DNA of 43,833 nucleotides from NCBI GenBank assembly GCA_046160245.1, contig JBJXGU010000383.1, positions 1 through 43,833 on the forward strand, in the 5' to 3' direction. A model generated the notes under the pieces. That model searched no databases. It had not been told where the DNA came from and was given only the letters and a program-made list of their open reading frames with translations. The translations under genes were made by a program, and so were the position numbers. Source of the DNA: Bacteroidia bacterium (lineage in GTDB: Bacteria; Bacteroidota; Bacteroidia; AKYH767-A; OLB10). This document shows positions 28,886 through 39,353 of the stretch, one piece after another (position 1 is the stretch's first letter; the number at the start of each line of letters is the position of its first letter).

Positions 28886-29899
28886 TTGAAAAAGTACATT
28901 TACATATCCTTCGTTATTTTATTCTTCTCTAGCTTAGAGATGAATGGACAGGATCTACATTTTTCTCAATTTCCACATTCTGCGTTAAATTTAAATCCTT
29001 CCAATGCCGGGAATTTTCCTGCTGATTTGCGTTTGAATGGAATGCTTCGTCGACAATGGAATTCGGTAACAGTGCCCTATAAAACGATTTCCATTGCAGG
29101 CGATTTAAAGTTAACCATGCTAAATGATCGCTTAAAAGGATTAGGCGCAGGACTACTTATCAATCACGATGATGCCGGAGATGGACAACTTCGCACACTG
29201 GACATTCGACTTTTTACATCTTACAATAAACCCATCAACCCTGATTCTATTCATTTCATACGAGCTGGAATTATGCTTGGAGGAAGTCAGCGCAGTGTTG
29301 ATTTTAGTAAATTAACTTTCGACAACCAATTCAATGGTGATACCTGGGATCCGCTTGCTTCATCGGGAGAAAATAGGGCTGGTGATAAAGTTACCTGGCT
29401 AGATCTGGGTTTTGGATTAGGCTGGGAGATGATCAAAGAAAATTCTACTTGGGATATTGGTTTTTCATCCACACATATCAATCGACCGAATCAAAGTTTT
29501 TATTCAGAAAAAGTACGCAGACCTGTATTATGGCAAATTCACACCACTCCAACTTTAAAATTAAATTCTAATTTAACACTCTTACCTTCTGCTGTATTTA
29601 TGATGCAACAAGAATATCGTGCACTTAATTTTGGCGCTGAGTTGAAGATAGATTTAATGCAAGAGTCTCGAAAAAATTATTCATTCGGAATTGGTCTCAA
29701 TGATCGCTGGGACGATGCGCTCATTCCATTTGTAGCCGTGTATTGGAATAAATTTAGAATTGGCTTCTCCTATGATGTGACGACCTCTTCACTCAAAACC
29801 GTGAATAATGGACGAGGTGGACCCGAATTTAGTTTGGTTTACCTCACCAAGAATATCAAAGCTCGTCCACAAAAACATGTAATTTGTCCTGTGTACTGA
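28886..29899 (+). CDS. PorP/SprF-family T9SS outer-membrane beta-barrel
   Basis: QD.HFSQF....LNLNP..AG, R.QW, G.SYD.T.S.L.....G.E; directly follows a type-B cargo. Confidence 0.9.
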   Translation: MKKYIYISFVILFFSSLEMNGQDLHFSQFPHSALNLNPSNAGNFPADLRLNGMLRRQWNSVTVPYKTISIAGDLKLTMLNDRLKGLGAGLLINHDDAGDGQLRTLDIRLFTSYNKPINPDSIHFIRAGIMLGGSQRSVDFSKLTFDNQFNGDTWDPLASSGENRAGDKVTWLDLGFGLGWEMIKENSTWDIGFSSTHINRPNQSFYSEKVRRPVLWQIHTTPTLKLNSNLTLLPSAVFMMQQEYRALNFGAELKIDLMQESRKNYSFGIGLNDRWDDALIPFVAVYWNKFRIGFSYDVTTSSLKTVNNGRGGPEFSLVYLTKNIKARPQKHVICPVY

Positions 29900-31863
29900 T
29901 GAAAAAATTGAAATTCTTTATTACTTCATTAGTCTTCTTCATTATGGTGGATGCTACAGGCTATGCTCAATCTAAGGCGGCTTACATCAATGCAGGTGAT
30001 GAATGCATCCAACGAAACGACCCTTTTTGTGGAATTAACAATTATCGTCTCGCTTTAGTATACGAGGAAGATGCTTCTCTTTGTTTTAAAATGGGAAGTG
30101 CTGAAAAATTATTACATAATTATGCTTCGGCTATTACTTGGTTTCAACGCTGCATCGCCCATCAACCCGAAAAAGAAATCAAGGTAAAAGCTTTCATTGA
30201 AAAAGCAGATTTGCAAAAACGATTAAGTGATTTCACTGCCTCCTATTCAAGCATTGATAGTTTGAAAAATTTGGATGCGACTCAAGAACTTACTTGGAAT
30301 AATTTATTCCTCGATTATAAAAATGCTGAATTACTTTCTGCAAAAAAAGCATTGATCGAAGTGTTTCCTGAACCTGGAGATGTAAACACAGATTATTCTG
30401 ATTTTGCTCCTGCTGCTTTAGGTGATTCGTTGTTATACTATTCTTCACTGCGCTTTACACTCCTCGAGAAAAATGAAAAAGTATCTACTTCGCGAATTGC
30501 AAGTATGAAAACAGATGAAGCTTCGAGAGAGAAATCAAAAATTCTACCTGAGTCCATCAACATGCCGGCATTTAATGATGCCAATGCATCCATCAGTCCA
30601 GATGGGAAAATAATGGTATTCACCAGATGCCTTTATGACGATAATGGAAAATTAAATTGTGCTTTGTATGAATCTGAATTGGTAAATGGAAAATGGAAAG
30701 AAGGGGTGAAATTATCATCAGAAATAAATCCAACAGGACGCACATCAACACAACCCAATATTACTACTAATAAAGCGGAAGGCTACTTATTGTTTTTTAG
30801 CAGTAATAAATCAGGCGGAATGGGTGGCATGGATCTTTGGATGTGCAAACGCAAATCGCCAAATCAATACGAGACGCCCATCAACCTTGGAAAAACAGTG
30901 AATACGATCAATGATGAGTGGTCACCATTTTACGATATTGAAATTGACAGCTTATATTTCGCAACTGAGAAAAATGATGGATTAGGAGGTCTTGATTTAT
31001 TTCAAATTGGATTTACTTCCATCGCGAAAAATATTGCCCTGTGTTTACCTCCGCCTTACAATAGTGGATACAACGATTTGTATTATACTCGTAGTTATGG
31101 TGAAAATCATCAAGCATTTTTAGTGAGTAATCGACCTCCGGCTGCTAAGTTAAATGGTTCTTCCTGTTGTTATGATATTTTTCGAATTCGACCGATTTTA
31201 CCATCCATCGATACTACCCACATCGCAAATAAAGAACCCGTTATTGCTGTCAACGATTCAAGTTCATCATTTGAAAAACTCCCAACGGAAGCTAAAATAT
31301 CGTCCATCAAACTCAATTTCCCGATCCGTTTATACTTCGACAATGACTATCCGGATCCGAAAAGCAATAAATCCAATACGGATAAAGATTACGATCATTT
31401 AGCAACCGATTACCTATTAAGAATGCAAGCTTACGTTACCCAACAGTCAAATGATTCTTTGAGAAATGTAATTACCGGCTTCTTCAAAGACTCTGTCGCG
31501 CTGAATTTCAGCAAATTAAGAGAATTTACGGATCAATTATTCTATTTATTGAGCCATAGTTCTACACGCTTAAAAATAACCATTTTGGGGAGTGCTAGTC
31601 CTTTGGCAGAACGTCGTTATAACCTAATTTTGTCGAATCGTAGAATTCGGAGTCTCGAGAATTACTGGTTGAAGCAGCAGGATGATCGTTTCACAAACTG
31701 GATAAAAGACAAAAAATTGCAAATTGTTTTTCTTCCAAAAGGTGAAGATGAGGCTGACAAGTCGGTAAGTGATCAAGCGAAAGACACTAAAAAATCAATT
31801 TACAGCAAAGAAGCTGCGATGGAAAGAAGAATTGAAATAGTAGATATTGAGGTATTGCCATGA
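29884..31863 (+). CDS. PorE-like TPR / PD40 beta-propeller / OmpA-like protein (likely start ATG 29899)
   Basis: N-terminal TPR-like helices; PD40 repeats (SPDGK.MVFT, FFSSN..GG.GG.DLW, GLGGLDLF); OmpA-like tail (YN..LSNRR, ERRIEI). Confidence 0.8.
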   Translation: MSCVLMKKLKFFITSLVFFIMVDATGYAQSKAAYINAGDECIQRNDPFCGINNYRLALVYEEDASLCFKMGSAEKLLHNYASAITWFQRCIAHQPEKEIKVKAFIEKADLQKRLSDFTASYSSIDSLKNLDATQELTWNNLFLDYKNAELLSAKKALIEVFPEPGDVNTDYSDFAPAALGDSLLYYSSLRFTLLEKNEKVSTSRIASMKTDEASREKSKILPESINMPAFNDANASISPDGKIMVFTRCLYDDNGKLNCALYESELVNGKWKEGVKLSSEINPTGRTSTQPNITTNKAEGYLLFFSSNKSGGMGGMDLWMCKRKSPNQYETPINLGKTVNTINDEWSPFYDIEIDSLYFATEKNDGLGGLDLFQIGFTSIAKNIALCLPPPYNSGYNDLYYTRSYGENHQAFLVSNRPPAAKLNGSSCCYDIFRIRPILPSIDTTHIANKEPVIAVNDSSSSFEKLPTEAKISSIKLNFPIRLYFDNDYPDPKSNKSNTDKDYDHLATDYLLRMQAYVTQQSNDSLRNVITGFFKDSVALNFSKLREFTDQLFYLLSHSSTRLKITILGSASPLAERRYNLILSNRRIRSLENYWLKQQDDRFTNWIKDKKLQIVFLPKGEDEADKSVSDQAKDTKKSIYSKEAAMERRIEIVDIEVLP

Positions 31864-33509
31864 GGAAGAAAGTAATTGCGAGTTATTGGATTTTGATCAT
31901 GGCGATGATCAGTGGAAATTTGTATGCACAAAATTTAGTACCCAATCCTGGTTTTGAAACTACGATTGGATCACCTACCGCCGAAGGGCAATGGAATTTA
32001 GCTCAGCCATGGTTAGGATTAAATGGCACTGCCGATTTATACGTACGCAATCAATCAAGCGGCGCCATTCTACCATGTGATGTAGTAAATATTCCTACCA
32101 ACGTTGCAGGTTACTGTAACGAAAGAAAAAACGGGAAAAATTACATGGGCTTGCAATTTGATTTATTGAATGGATATCGTGAATACATCTCGGTGCCTCT
32201 TGCAATACCTTGTGTTGCGGGCGGGATTTATCAATTAGAGTTTTACGTTCAACTTGCCGATAGTGCACGCTTTGCTTGTAATTCATTGGGGATGTTGTTG
32301 TCAAATAATATTCCAACTCAACCCGGAACAGGTGCTATCACCTTTACACCACAACTAGAAAATTCAGCGCAAATTCTAGATACCAATAACTGGACATTAA
32401 TTTCCGGAATGTATCAAGCCTTTGGTGGTGAAAATTATGTTACACTCGGTTTATTTAGAGATGACAACGATCCTCTTTTGCAAAAAACGAATTACGGAAC
32501 TCGTGCTAGCAATTGCACAAATATCGATAACAGTGCCTATTACTTTTTTGATGATATCGTTGTTCGAAAAGTAGATGTTACCGTTAATATTTTAGGAGAT
32601 ACTATTATTTGTCCGAATGAGACTACTATCCTATTTGCCGATTGCAATGTTCCATTCTGGTGGAGTGATGAAAATGCACCTAACGATACGTTGAGTTTAG
32701 ACACTGCAATTCAAATTAATCCAACCCTACCTACTACCTATTTTCTCAATACTAACTTTGGTACCGACAGTGTCACTGTATTAATTGTAAATCCACCAGT
32801 CTTTGATTTAGGAATTGACACTTCACTTTGCGAAGGCGACACTATTTTTCTCGATGCCACGACCATCGATGGGGTAAATTATTCTTGGTCGACAGGCGAT
32901 ACAGTAGCTATTCTAGCAATTACAGATACGGGAATGTACTCTGTAATAGTGGAAAACACTGGCTGCGCTAGAGAAGATTCCATTACAATTCCTACCTTCT
33001 TATTTAATCCTCCTATTGATATTGGAGAAGATTCCTTGTATTGTTTTTTTTATAATGATAGTTTAACACTTGATGCAGGCGATGCGCTTTCCTATTTGTG
33101 GACACCTACTTTTGAAACGAGCAGAGAAATTACAATTTTATATCCTGCCGTTTATTCTGTAGAAATTACCCGAGCTAATGGATGTAAAAAATCGGTAAGT
33201 TTACAAGTGTTAGAGATCTGCGAACCATCCGTTTTTATTCCGAATGCATTTACTCCCGATGGTGATGGCATCAATGATATTTTTAGAGCCTATGTAAACA
33301 ATTCACCCTTATTTAATTTTAAAATTATTAATCGAAGAGGTCAACAAATTTTTTATACAGAAGACCCCACCGAAGGATGGGATGGCACGTATGAAGGACA
33401 AGATGCTCCGATTGGAGTGTATGTTTACCGAATCAATTACCAAGGATTAAATAGTGAAGGAATAAAAGTGAAAAAGAAAAAACTAGGAACATTTACATTG
33501 CTTCGCTAA
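31860..33509 (+). CDS. Secreted protein with CBM-like N-domain, Ig-like repeats and T9SS type-B CTD
   Basis: QNLVPNPGFE start, AYYFFDDI, YSWSTG repeats, FIPNAFTPDGDGIND...WDG...GTFTLLR. Confidence 0.88.
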   Translation: MRKKVIASYWILIMAMISGNLYAQNLVPNPGFETTIGSPTAEGQWNLAQPWLGLNGTADLYVRNQSSGAILPCDVVNIPTNVAGYCNERKNGKNYMGLQFDLLNGYREYISVPLAIPCVAGGIYQLEFYVQLADSARFACNSLGMLLSNNIPTQPGTGAITFTPQLENSAQILDTNNWTLISGMYQAFGGENYVTLGLFRDDNDPLLQKTNYGTRASNCTNIDNSAYYFFDDIVVRKVDVTVNILGDTIICPNETTILFADCNVPFWWSDENAPNDTLSLDTAIQINPTLPTTYFLNTNFGTDSVTVLIVNPPVFDLGIDTSLCEGDTIFLDATTIDGVNYSWSTGDTVAILAITDTGMYSVIVENTGCAREDSITIPTFLFNPPIDIGEDSLYCFFYNDSLTLDAGDALSYLWTPTFETSREITILYPAVYSVEITRANGCKKSVSLQVLEICEPSVFIPNAFTPDGDGINDIFRAYVNNSPLFNFKIINRRGQQIFYTEDPTEGWDGTYEGQDAPIGVYVYRINYQGLNSEGIKVKKKKLGTFTLLR

Positions 33510-33522
33510 GCCCCCTATAATT

Positions 33523-34332
33523 TTGATGCAAGAAAATAAAATGAGTGAAGATGATAAAAACCCGCAAACTTTGCTCAATGCCGGATTGAGAGTGTTGCTG
33601 GTAGATGATAATAAAGTAAATCAGTTTTTAGGTAAAAGAATCTTAAGTAATTTAGGAATTCAAAGTATTGAGATCGCGGGATCGGGAGAAGAAGCGCTTT
33701 TAAAAACCCGCAATTTTCAATTTGATGTGATGTTAACCGATGTTGAAATGCCAGGGATGAATGGCTATGAATTGAGTCATCAAATTCGTTCTGAAGAAAA
33801 TGTAGGTTCACATCTTACCATCATCGCACTTACAGCAAATGCTTCCGATGATGATCGTGAAAACGCGAAGAAAGCAGGCATTGATGATTATTTAACTAAG
33901 CCTTATAGTCCGCAGGATTTGTTTGAAGTACTTTCCAAAAACACTAAAATTAAAAAAGATTTTCAATTCGAAGATATTGAACAAGAAGAAATCATTGGCA
34001 TTGCAAAATTATATGCGGTCTTCAATCACAATGAAAATGATGTTCAACAATTTTTAATAATGCTCAGTCAACAATTGCCTCAGTTGATTGACGAAGTATG
34101 GAAAGGTTTAGAAGAATCAAATCACGAAAAGACTTATCATGCTGCACATAAATTAAAATCACCTGTTAAGCTTTTAACGACTGCTTCGTTCGCACAAAAA
34201 TTCAGTGACTTTACAGAAGGAATACGAAGTCAGCATGATTTCGACATTGCAATTATCCAATTTGAAACGTTGAAAATTGATTTAGATGGATTGATTTTGA
34301 CGATTAATATGGAGCTGGAGAGAGGGAATTAA
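33523..34332 (+). CDS. Response regulator receiver plus HPt-like domain (start possibly 33526 or 33541)
   Basis: VLLVDDN, TDVEMPGMNG, ALTAN, YLTKP; C-terminal HAAHKLKS. Confidence 0.85.
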   Translation: MMQENKMSEDDKNPQTLLNAGLRVLLVDDNKVNQFLGKRILSNLGIQSIEIAGSGEEALLKTRNFQFDVMLTDVEMPGMNGYELSHQIRSEENVGSHLTIIALTANASDDDRENAKKAGIDDYLTKPYSPQDLFEVLSKNTKIKKDFQFEDIEQEEIIGIAKLYAVFNHNENDVQQFLIMLSQQLPQLIDEVWKGLEESNHEKTYHAAHKLKSPVKLLTTASFAQKFSDFTEGIRSQHDFDIAIIQFETLKIDLDGLILTINMELERGN

Positions 34333-34443
34333 GAATTAAGAATTAAGAATTAAGAATTAAGAATTAAGAATTAAGAATTAAGAATTAAGTCCCGATAGCT
34401 ATCGGGATAAGAATTAAGTCCAGATAGCTTAGGATAAGAATTA
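34326..34443. repeat. (GAATTAA)x9 microsatellite plus 18-bp palindrome TCCCGATAGCTATCGGGA and a degenerate second copy
   Basis: Nine perfect units at 34326-34388; palindrome at 34390-34407; degenerate copy at 34419-34434. Confidence 0.9.
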
Positions 34444-34578
34444 TTTCTGCACTTTTACTTCAAGCTAAATTAAGGTTGAAATTAACATTTTGTAAATTTC
34501 AATAAGGTCAAAATCTTTTAAATAGAGGATCATTAAAATACGGCCATACATAAATTCAGTTCCTAAAATCCTACAAAC

Positions 34579-34604
34579 AAAAAAACCTTCCCGATGTGAG
34601 AAGG
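34579..34604 (-). terminator. Rho-independent terminator
   Basis: Minus strand CCTTCTC-ACATC-GGGAAGG followed by T7. Confidence 0.65.
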
Positions 34605-34625
34605 CTTTTCCAATAGGGGTTGAAA

Positions 34626-35030
34626 TTATTTTCCGAGATCGTCGAAACTCAAATCAGTGAAGTTGGAGTTCTGTTCAACGAATTCTGGAGTTGTATGATT
34701 GGAGGAATTTTCTTCGGTGGAAGAGGGTTCTCGGTACATTTCTGTAGACCCACTTTCTTCACCTTCGCGCTTTTGCTTAATAAATCCTAAAGCTTCGTGC
34801 AGACCTTCCGTAAATTTATCGAAATCTTCTTTGTAAAGAAACAATTTATGCTTTTCAAAGAAGGGACGATCTTCTGATTCGCCAGGCTTTCTTTTACTTT
34901 CTGTAATGGTCAAGTAGTAGTCGTTTCCACGAGTAGCTTTCACATCGAAATAATAAGTTCTCTTACCTGCTCTAACTCTCTTAGAGAAATGAGCTTCGCG
35001 GCCAGAATTGTCAAATTCGTTCATATACAT
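34626..35030 (-). CDS. PUR-family ssDNA/RNA-binding protein (DUF3276)
   Basis: FSKRVRAGKRTYYFDVKATRGNDYYLTITESK...EKHKLFLYKEDF. Confidence 0.88.
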   Translation of the reverse strand: MYMNEFDNSGREAHFSKRVRAGKRTYYFDVKATRGNDYYLTITESKRKPGESEDRPFFEKHKLFLYKEDFDKFTEGLHEALGFIKQKREGEESGSTEMYREPSSTEENSSNHTTPEFVEQNSNFTDLSFDDLGK

Positions 35031-35195
35031 TGTTTGCTAACAAGAAGCAAGATTAATTAAAAATAGTTGAACAAAAAAAATTAATGCTCAGAATTTCACT
35101 ATTTTACTGCTTTGGTCTTTACAAAGTGCACAATAAATTGAAAGTGTAGGTTTCAAACTTTGCTTTAAACAAAAATATACTATTGATTTTGATGA

Positions 35196-35284
35196 TATTA
35201 CTGCTTAAGATTAAACCTGCTCAGTACAACGTACTGTGTTGTCAGTAGCATAACCTACGCAGTACGAAGTAATATAAAAAGGAC
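35196..35284. repeat. Imperfect inverted-repeat element with CCTACGCAGTAC core
   Basis: TACTGCTTAAGATTA ... TAACCTACGCAGTA arms; the right end matches 17856-17893. Confidence 0.55.
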
Positions 35285-35303
35285 GCTTTTCTTGATAAAT
35301 GGC

Positions 35304-37103
35304 TTACAATTTAGAGTCTTTAATTTCATCTTCCATCAATTGTGATTCAAAGAGATGACGATAGAATCCATTGTTTGCCAATAAAGATTCATGTTTTCCC
35401 ATCTCCACTATTCTACCCTCATCTAAAACAATAATCTGATCGCACGATTTCACGGTAGCTACACGATGACTTACAAAAAGCGTCGTTTTGTTTTTCATGA
35501 TAGCGGTTAGATTCGTTAAAATTTTCTCCTCTGTAATCGTATCTACCGCCGACAAACAATCATCAAAAATGAGAATATCTGGGTTACGAATGATAGCTCT
35601 TGCAATGGAGAGTCGTTGCTTTTGACCTCCCGACAAAGTAATTCCTCTCTCTCCTACCATGGTCTTAAACTGCAATGGAAACTCCTTGATGTTTTTATAC
35701 AAATCAGCATTTTTTGCAGCTTCTACAATGGCTCCTTCCGGATATGGTGTATCAATTCCAAATGCAATATTTTCTTCAATGGTATCTGAAAATAAAAAAA
35801 CATCTTGCGGAACACACCCAATTCTCTTTCGATATTGATCCGTATCGAAATTTTTAATTTCAATACCATCTACTTTTACCAAACCTTCATTCACATCCAC
35901 CAATCTTAATAGTACATTCACCAACGTAGATTTACCAGAACCTGTTTTACCGATGATCCCTAGTGAAGAGCCAGCTGGAATTTTAATCGACACATCATTC
36001 AATGCAGCTTTTCGATTTTCATCGTATCGAAAAGTCACATGAGATAATTCAATCTCACCTTTCAATGCATTACAAGGAATGTTGCCCGGTTGAATAGAGG
36101 GTATCTCTTTTAAAAATTCATTGATACGTTGTTGTGATGCAGCTGCTCTTTGTATGATGGTAACTACCCATCCTAAAGAAGCAACCGGCCATGTCAACAT
36201 GGTTACATATATGACAAACTCCGCAATATTACCAACGGTGAGTCGGCCCGCAATAACTTCCAATGATCCGACATAAACGGTGAGAATAGTACTTAGCCCC
36301 ACTAATAATACCATCGTAGGCATAAAAAAAGCGTTGATCTTCACTAGATCCATCGAAAAACGATGATATAAAGAAGTCTGCTCCTGGTAATATTCCTGAT
36401 AATCTTTTTCTCGTGCGTAAGCTTTAATTAAACGAATACCTGAGAAAGTCTCCTGTAAAAAAGTAGATAAAACAGAAAGCTGCCCTTGCACCCGTTCACT
36501 CTTTTTATTAATTCGATCATGGACATAATAAACCAAATAGGTCAGAATAGGTAAAGGCAACAACACATAGGTAGCTAACCTTGGATTCACACTATACATG
36601 GCCCAAATCACCAACACAAACAATACAATCATGTTTATCGAATACATGATGGCTGGACCCACATACATTCTCACGCGACCTACATCTTCACTAATACGGT
36701 TCATTAAATCGCCAGTATTATTGCGATTATAAAAATCTAGCCCTAGCTTTTGATACTGAATATAAATTTCATTCTTTAAATCATATTCGATGTGTCGAGA
36801 CATTACAATGATAGTTTGACGCATAAAAAACATAAATAACCCTTTCATCAAAGCCATGGAAAGCACCAATATTCCAAATATAAATATATTGAACATCAGC
36901 ATTTTATAAACTCCAGCTTGAGAATTAAATCCATCAAAAAGTCGATAAGTATCTATATTACTGAGTACTACATCTAAAGCATTACGCGTGAGCTGGGCTG
37001 GAAAAATTCCAAAGAGATTGGATATTGTCACAAATAAAATTCCACCTAAAAGGTGTCCTTTATACTTGACAAAATACTTATTCAAAACTCTTAATTCTTT
37101 CAC
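35304..37103 (-). CDS. ABC exporter, fused permease and ATPase (MdlA/YheI-like); GTG start 37103 preferred over 37169
   Basis: Six-TM domain, Walker A GKTGSGKS, LSGGQ, Walker B ILIFDD. Confidence 0.92.
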   Translation of the reverse strand: MKELRVLNKYFVKYKGHLLGGILFVTISNLFGIFPAQLTRNALDVVLSNIDTYRLFDGFNSQAGVYKMLMFNIFIFGILVLSMALMKGLFMFFMRQTIIVMSRHIEYDLKNEIYIQYQKLGLDFYNRNNTGDLMNRISEDVGRVRMYVGPAIMYSINMIVLFVLVIWAMYSVNPRLATYVLLPLPILTYLVYYVHDRINKKSERVQGQLSVLSTFLQETFSGIRLIKAYAREKDYQEYYQEQTSLYHRFSMDLVKINAFFMPTMVLLVGLSTILTVYVGSLEVIAGRLTVGNIAEFVIYVTMLTWPVASLGWVVTIIQRAAASQQRINEFLKEIPSIQPGNIPCNALKGEIELSHVTFRYDENRKAALNDVSIKIPAGSSLGIIGKTGSGKSTLVNVLLRLVDVNEGLVKVDGIEIKNFDTDQYRKRIGCVPQDVFLFSDTIEENIAFGIDTPYPEGAIVEAAKNADLYKNIKEFPLQFKTMVGERGITLSGGQKQRLSIARAIIRNPDILIFDDCLSAVDTITEEKILTNLTAIMKNKTTLFVSHRVATVKSCDQIIVLDEGRIVEMGKHESLLANNGFYRHLFESQLMEDEIKDSKL

Positions 37104-37216
37104 ACTCTGCTGTTTGGTAAATATTATGGCATCCCTATAGAATACCTTCGGTAAAAATAGACATAACATCCATTAGCATAAAGGCAATTAGTAGGTATTT
37201 ATTTTACAAAAAGACC

Positions 37217-37224
37217 TAACTTTG
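37217..37224 (+). promoter_or_regulatory. -7 promoter box TAACTTTG
   Basis: TAnnTTTG consensus 24 nt upstream of the Leu dehydrogenase start. Confidence 0.6.
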
Positions 37225-37248
37225 CGCACCCAATAACAACTCCTGTAC

Positions 37249-38358
37249 ATGATTGATGTGAAAGAAAAGAAGCCAGCGATGGCACAGGTTAATACGAATG
37301 TTTTCGAAAGTATTTCGGAGAGCAACCATGAACAAGTGGTGTTTTGTAATGATCCAGTCACTGGATTGAAAGCCATCATTGCGATTCATAATACCGTATT
37401 AGGACCCGCATTAGGGGGAACTCGTATGTGGAGTTATAAGTCGGAAGCCGAAGCAGTGAATGATGTTTTAAGATTATCTCGTGGGATGACCTATAAAGCT
37501 GCTATCTCCGGATTAAATCTGGGTGGTGGAAAAGCAGTGATCATCGGCGATAGTAAGAAAGACAAATCAGAAGCGTTGTTTCGCAAATTTGGTCGTTTTG
37601 TAAATAACCTAAACGGAAAATACATTACTGCTGAAGATGTAGGCACCAGCACCAAGGACATGGAATACGTGGCCATGGAAACCAAGCATGTTACTGGTTT
37701 ACCTGAATCGATGGGTGGCGGTGGCGATCCCTCTCCTGTAACTGCTTATGGCGTTTACATGGGTATGAAAGCTGCAGCACAATTTGCTTGGGGAAATGAT
37801 AACTTAAGCGGAAAGAAAGTGGTGGTGCAAGGTGTTGGACATGTAGGTGAAAATTTGGTAAAAAATCTTCGCAAAGAAAATGCGATTGTTTATATCACTG
37901 ACATTAATGACGAGCAATTAAAGAAGGTAAGTTTAGAATACGGTGCTGAAGTAATTCGTCCAGATGCAGTTTACGATATGGACATGGATATTTATGCTCC
38001 TTGTGCTTTAGGTGCTACATTAAGTACTGAAAACATCAATAAACTACGTTGTCAAGTAATTTCTGGTGCGGCCAATAATCAATTAGCGGATGAAACGATT
38101 CATGGACCTATGTTGATGGAAAAAGGAATCATTTATGCTCCAGACTTTTTAATTAATGCAGGTGGATTGATCAATGTGTACTCTGAATTAATTGGCTACA
38201 ACCGTCAACGTGCATTAACGCAAACTGAGCATATTTATGCTGTCACGTTGGAGATTCTGAAAACTGCTCGTGCTGAAGGAATTTATACGCAGTTGGCAGC
38301 TACTAAACTTGCAGAGAAAAGAATTTCTGATATCAGTAAAGTAAAATCGAATATGTAA
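37249..38358 (+). CDS. Glu/Leu/Phe/Val dehydrogenase (leucine dehydrogenase-like)
   Basis: LGPALGGTRM, GMTYK, GGGK, TAEDVGT, GDPSPVTAYG, QGVGHVG, GAANNQL. Confidence 0.93.
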   Translation: MIDVKEKKPAMAQVNTNVFESISESNHEQVVFCNDPVTGLKAIIAIHNTVLGPALGGTRMWSYKSEAEAVNDVLRLSRGMTYKAAISGLNLGGGKAVIIGDSKKDKSEALFRKFGRFVNNLNGKYITAEDVGTSTKDMEYVAMETKHVTGLPESMGGGGDPSPVTAYGVYMGMKAAAQFAWGNDNLSGKKVVVQGVGHVGENLVKNLRKENAIVYITDINDEQLKKVSLEYGAEVIRPDAVYDMDMDIYAPCALGATLSTENINKLRCQVISGAANNQLADETIHGPMLMEKGIIYAPDFLINAGGLINVYSELIGYNRQRALTQTEHIYAVTLEILKTARAEGIYTQLAATKLAEKRISDISKVKSNM

Positions 38359-38409
38359 TCAACCGGCATCTTGCCGAATTGAATAACCATTAACGTTCTT
38401 AAAAAATCC

Positions 38410-39348
38410 ATGTTAAGCAGAAGGCATCTTCGCATACGTGTTATGCAGGCATTATATGCCTTTTACCAATCAGAACCGAAAGACATTCGTCGCACAGAAC
38501 AAGAACTGTTGAACGGGACGGATAAGATTTATGAACTCTACTTGACCCAACTCCAATTTTTACTGGAGTTAGCCCATCAAGAGGAAATGTATTACAAAGA
38601 CACTCCTGCATCCATGGTGACAGGAATTCGAAAAACGGCGGCTTATACTTTAAAAAGTTTAGCATTTATTCAGTGGCTAGATAACGACAAGTCCTTTAAC
38701 GATCAAATCAAGAAAAGAAAAATTACTTGGCAACAGGATCATGATGCCATCAAAAAAGCTTTTCATCATCTAAAAAATCAAGAGGCTTATAAAACTTTTA
38801 TTCAATCGGAAAATCATACTTCTGAGGAGGAAGTAACCACCTTAAAATGGATCATGAAAGAATTTTTCTCCAAAACTGAATTCATTCCGCATGTGCTTGA
38901 AGAGAAAAATATTTATTGGGCAGAGAGCATTGAGCTGGTTGAAGGAATCGTTGTAAAGACATGCGAAAACGGAAAAGGAACCAATAACTATCAACTACTG
39001 CCACTCTATAAAGATGCAGAAGATGATGTACTGTTCATGCAAGATTTAGTTCAGAAAACAATACGTGACGATAGTTATTTTCACCAACTCATTGCAGACA
39101 AAACCAAAAACTGGGATGCCGAACGAATTGCTATGGTCGACATTATTTTAATGAAAATGGCACTCTGTGAAATCATGAATTTGAGTACCATTCCTGTTAA
39201 GGTTAGTATTAACGAATACATCGACATCTCAAAAGATTATAGCACTCCAAATAGTAAATCTTTCATCAATGGTGTGATTGACAAACTCGTTATTGAGTTA
39301 AAGAAAGAAGGGAAAATTCAAAAAATCGGAAGAGGATTAAAAGAATAA
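38410..39348 (+). CDS. nusB: Transcription antitermination factor NusB (long Bacteroidota form)
   Basis: MLSRRHLRIRVMQALYA; NWDAERIA..D; IPVKVSINEYIDISK.YST..S..FINGVID. Confidence 0.93.
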   Translation: MLSRRHLRIRVMQALYAFYQSEPKDIRRTEQELLNGTDKIYELYLTQLQFLLELAHQEEMYYKDTPASMVTGIRKTAAYTLKSLAFIQWLDNDKSFNDQIKKRKITWQQDHDAIKKAFHHLKNQEAYKTFIQSENHTSEEEVTTLKWIMKEFFSKTEFIPHVLEEKNIYWAESIELVEGIVVKTCENGKGTNNYQLLPLYKDAEDDVLFMQDLVQKTIRDDSYFHQLIADKTKNWDAERIAMVDIILMKMALCEIMNLSTIPVKVSINEYIDISKDYSTPNSKSFINGVIDKLVIELKKEGKIQKIGRGLKE

Positions 39349-39353
39349 AAAAC

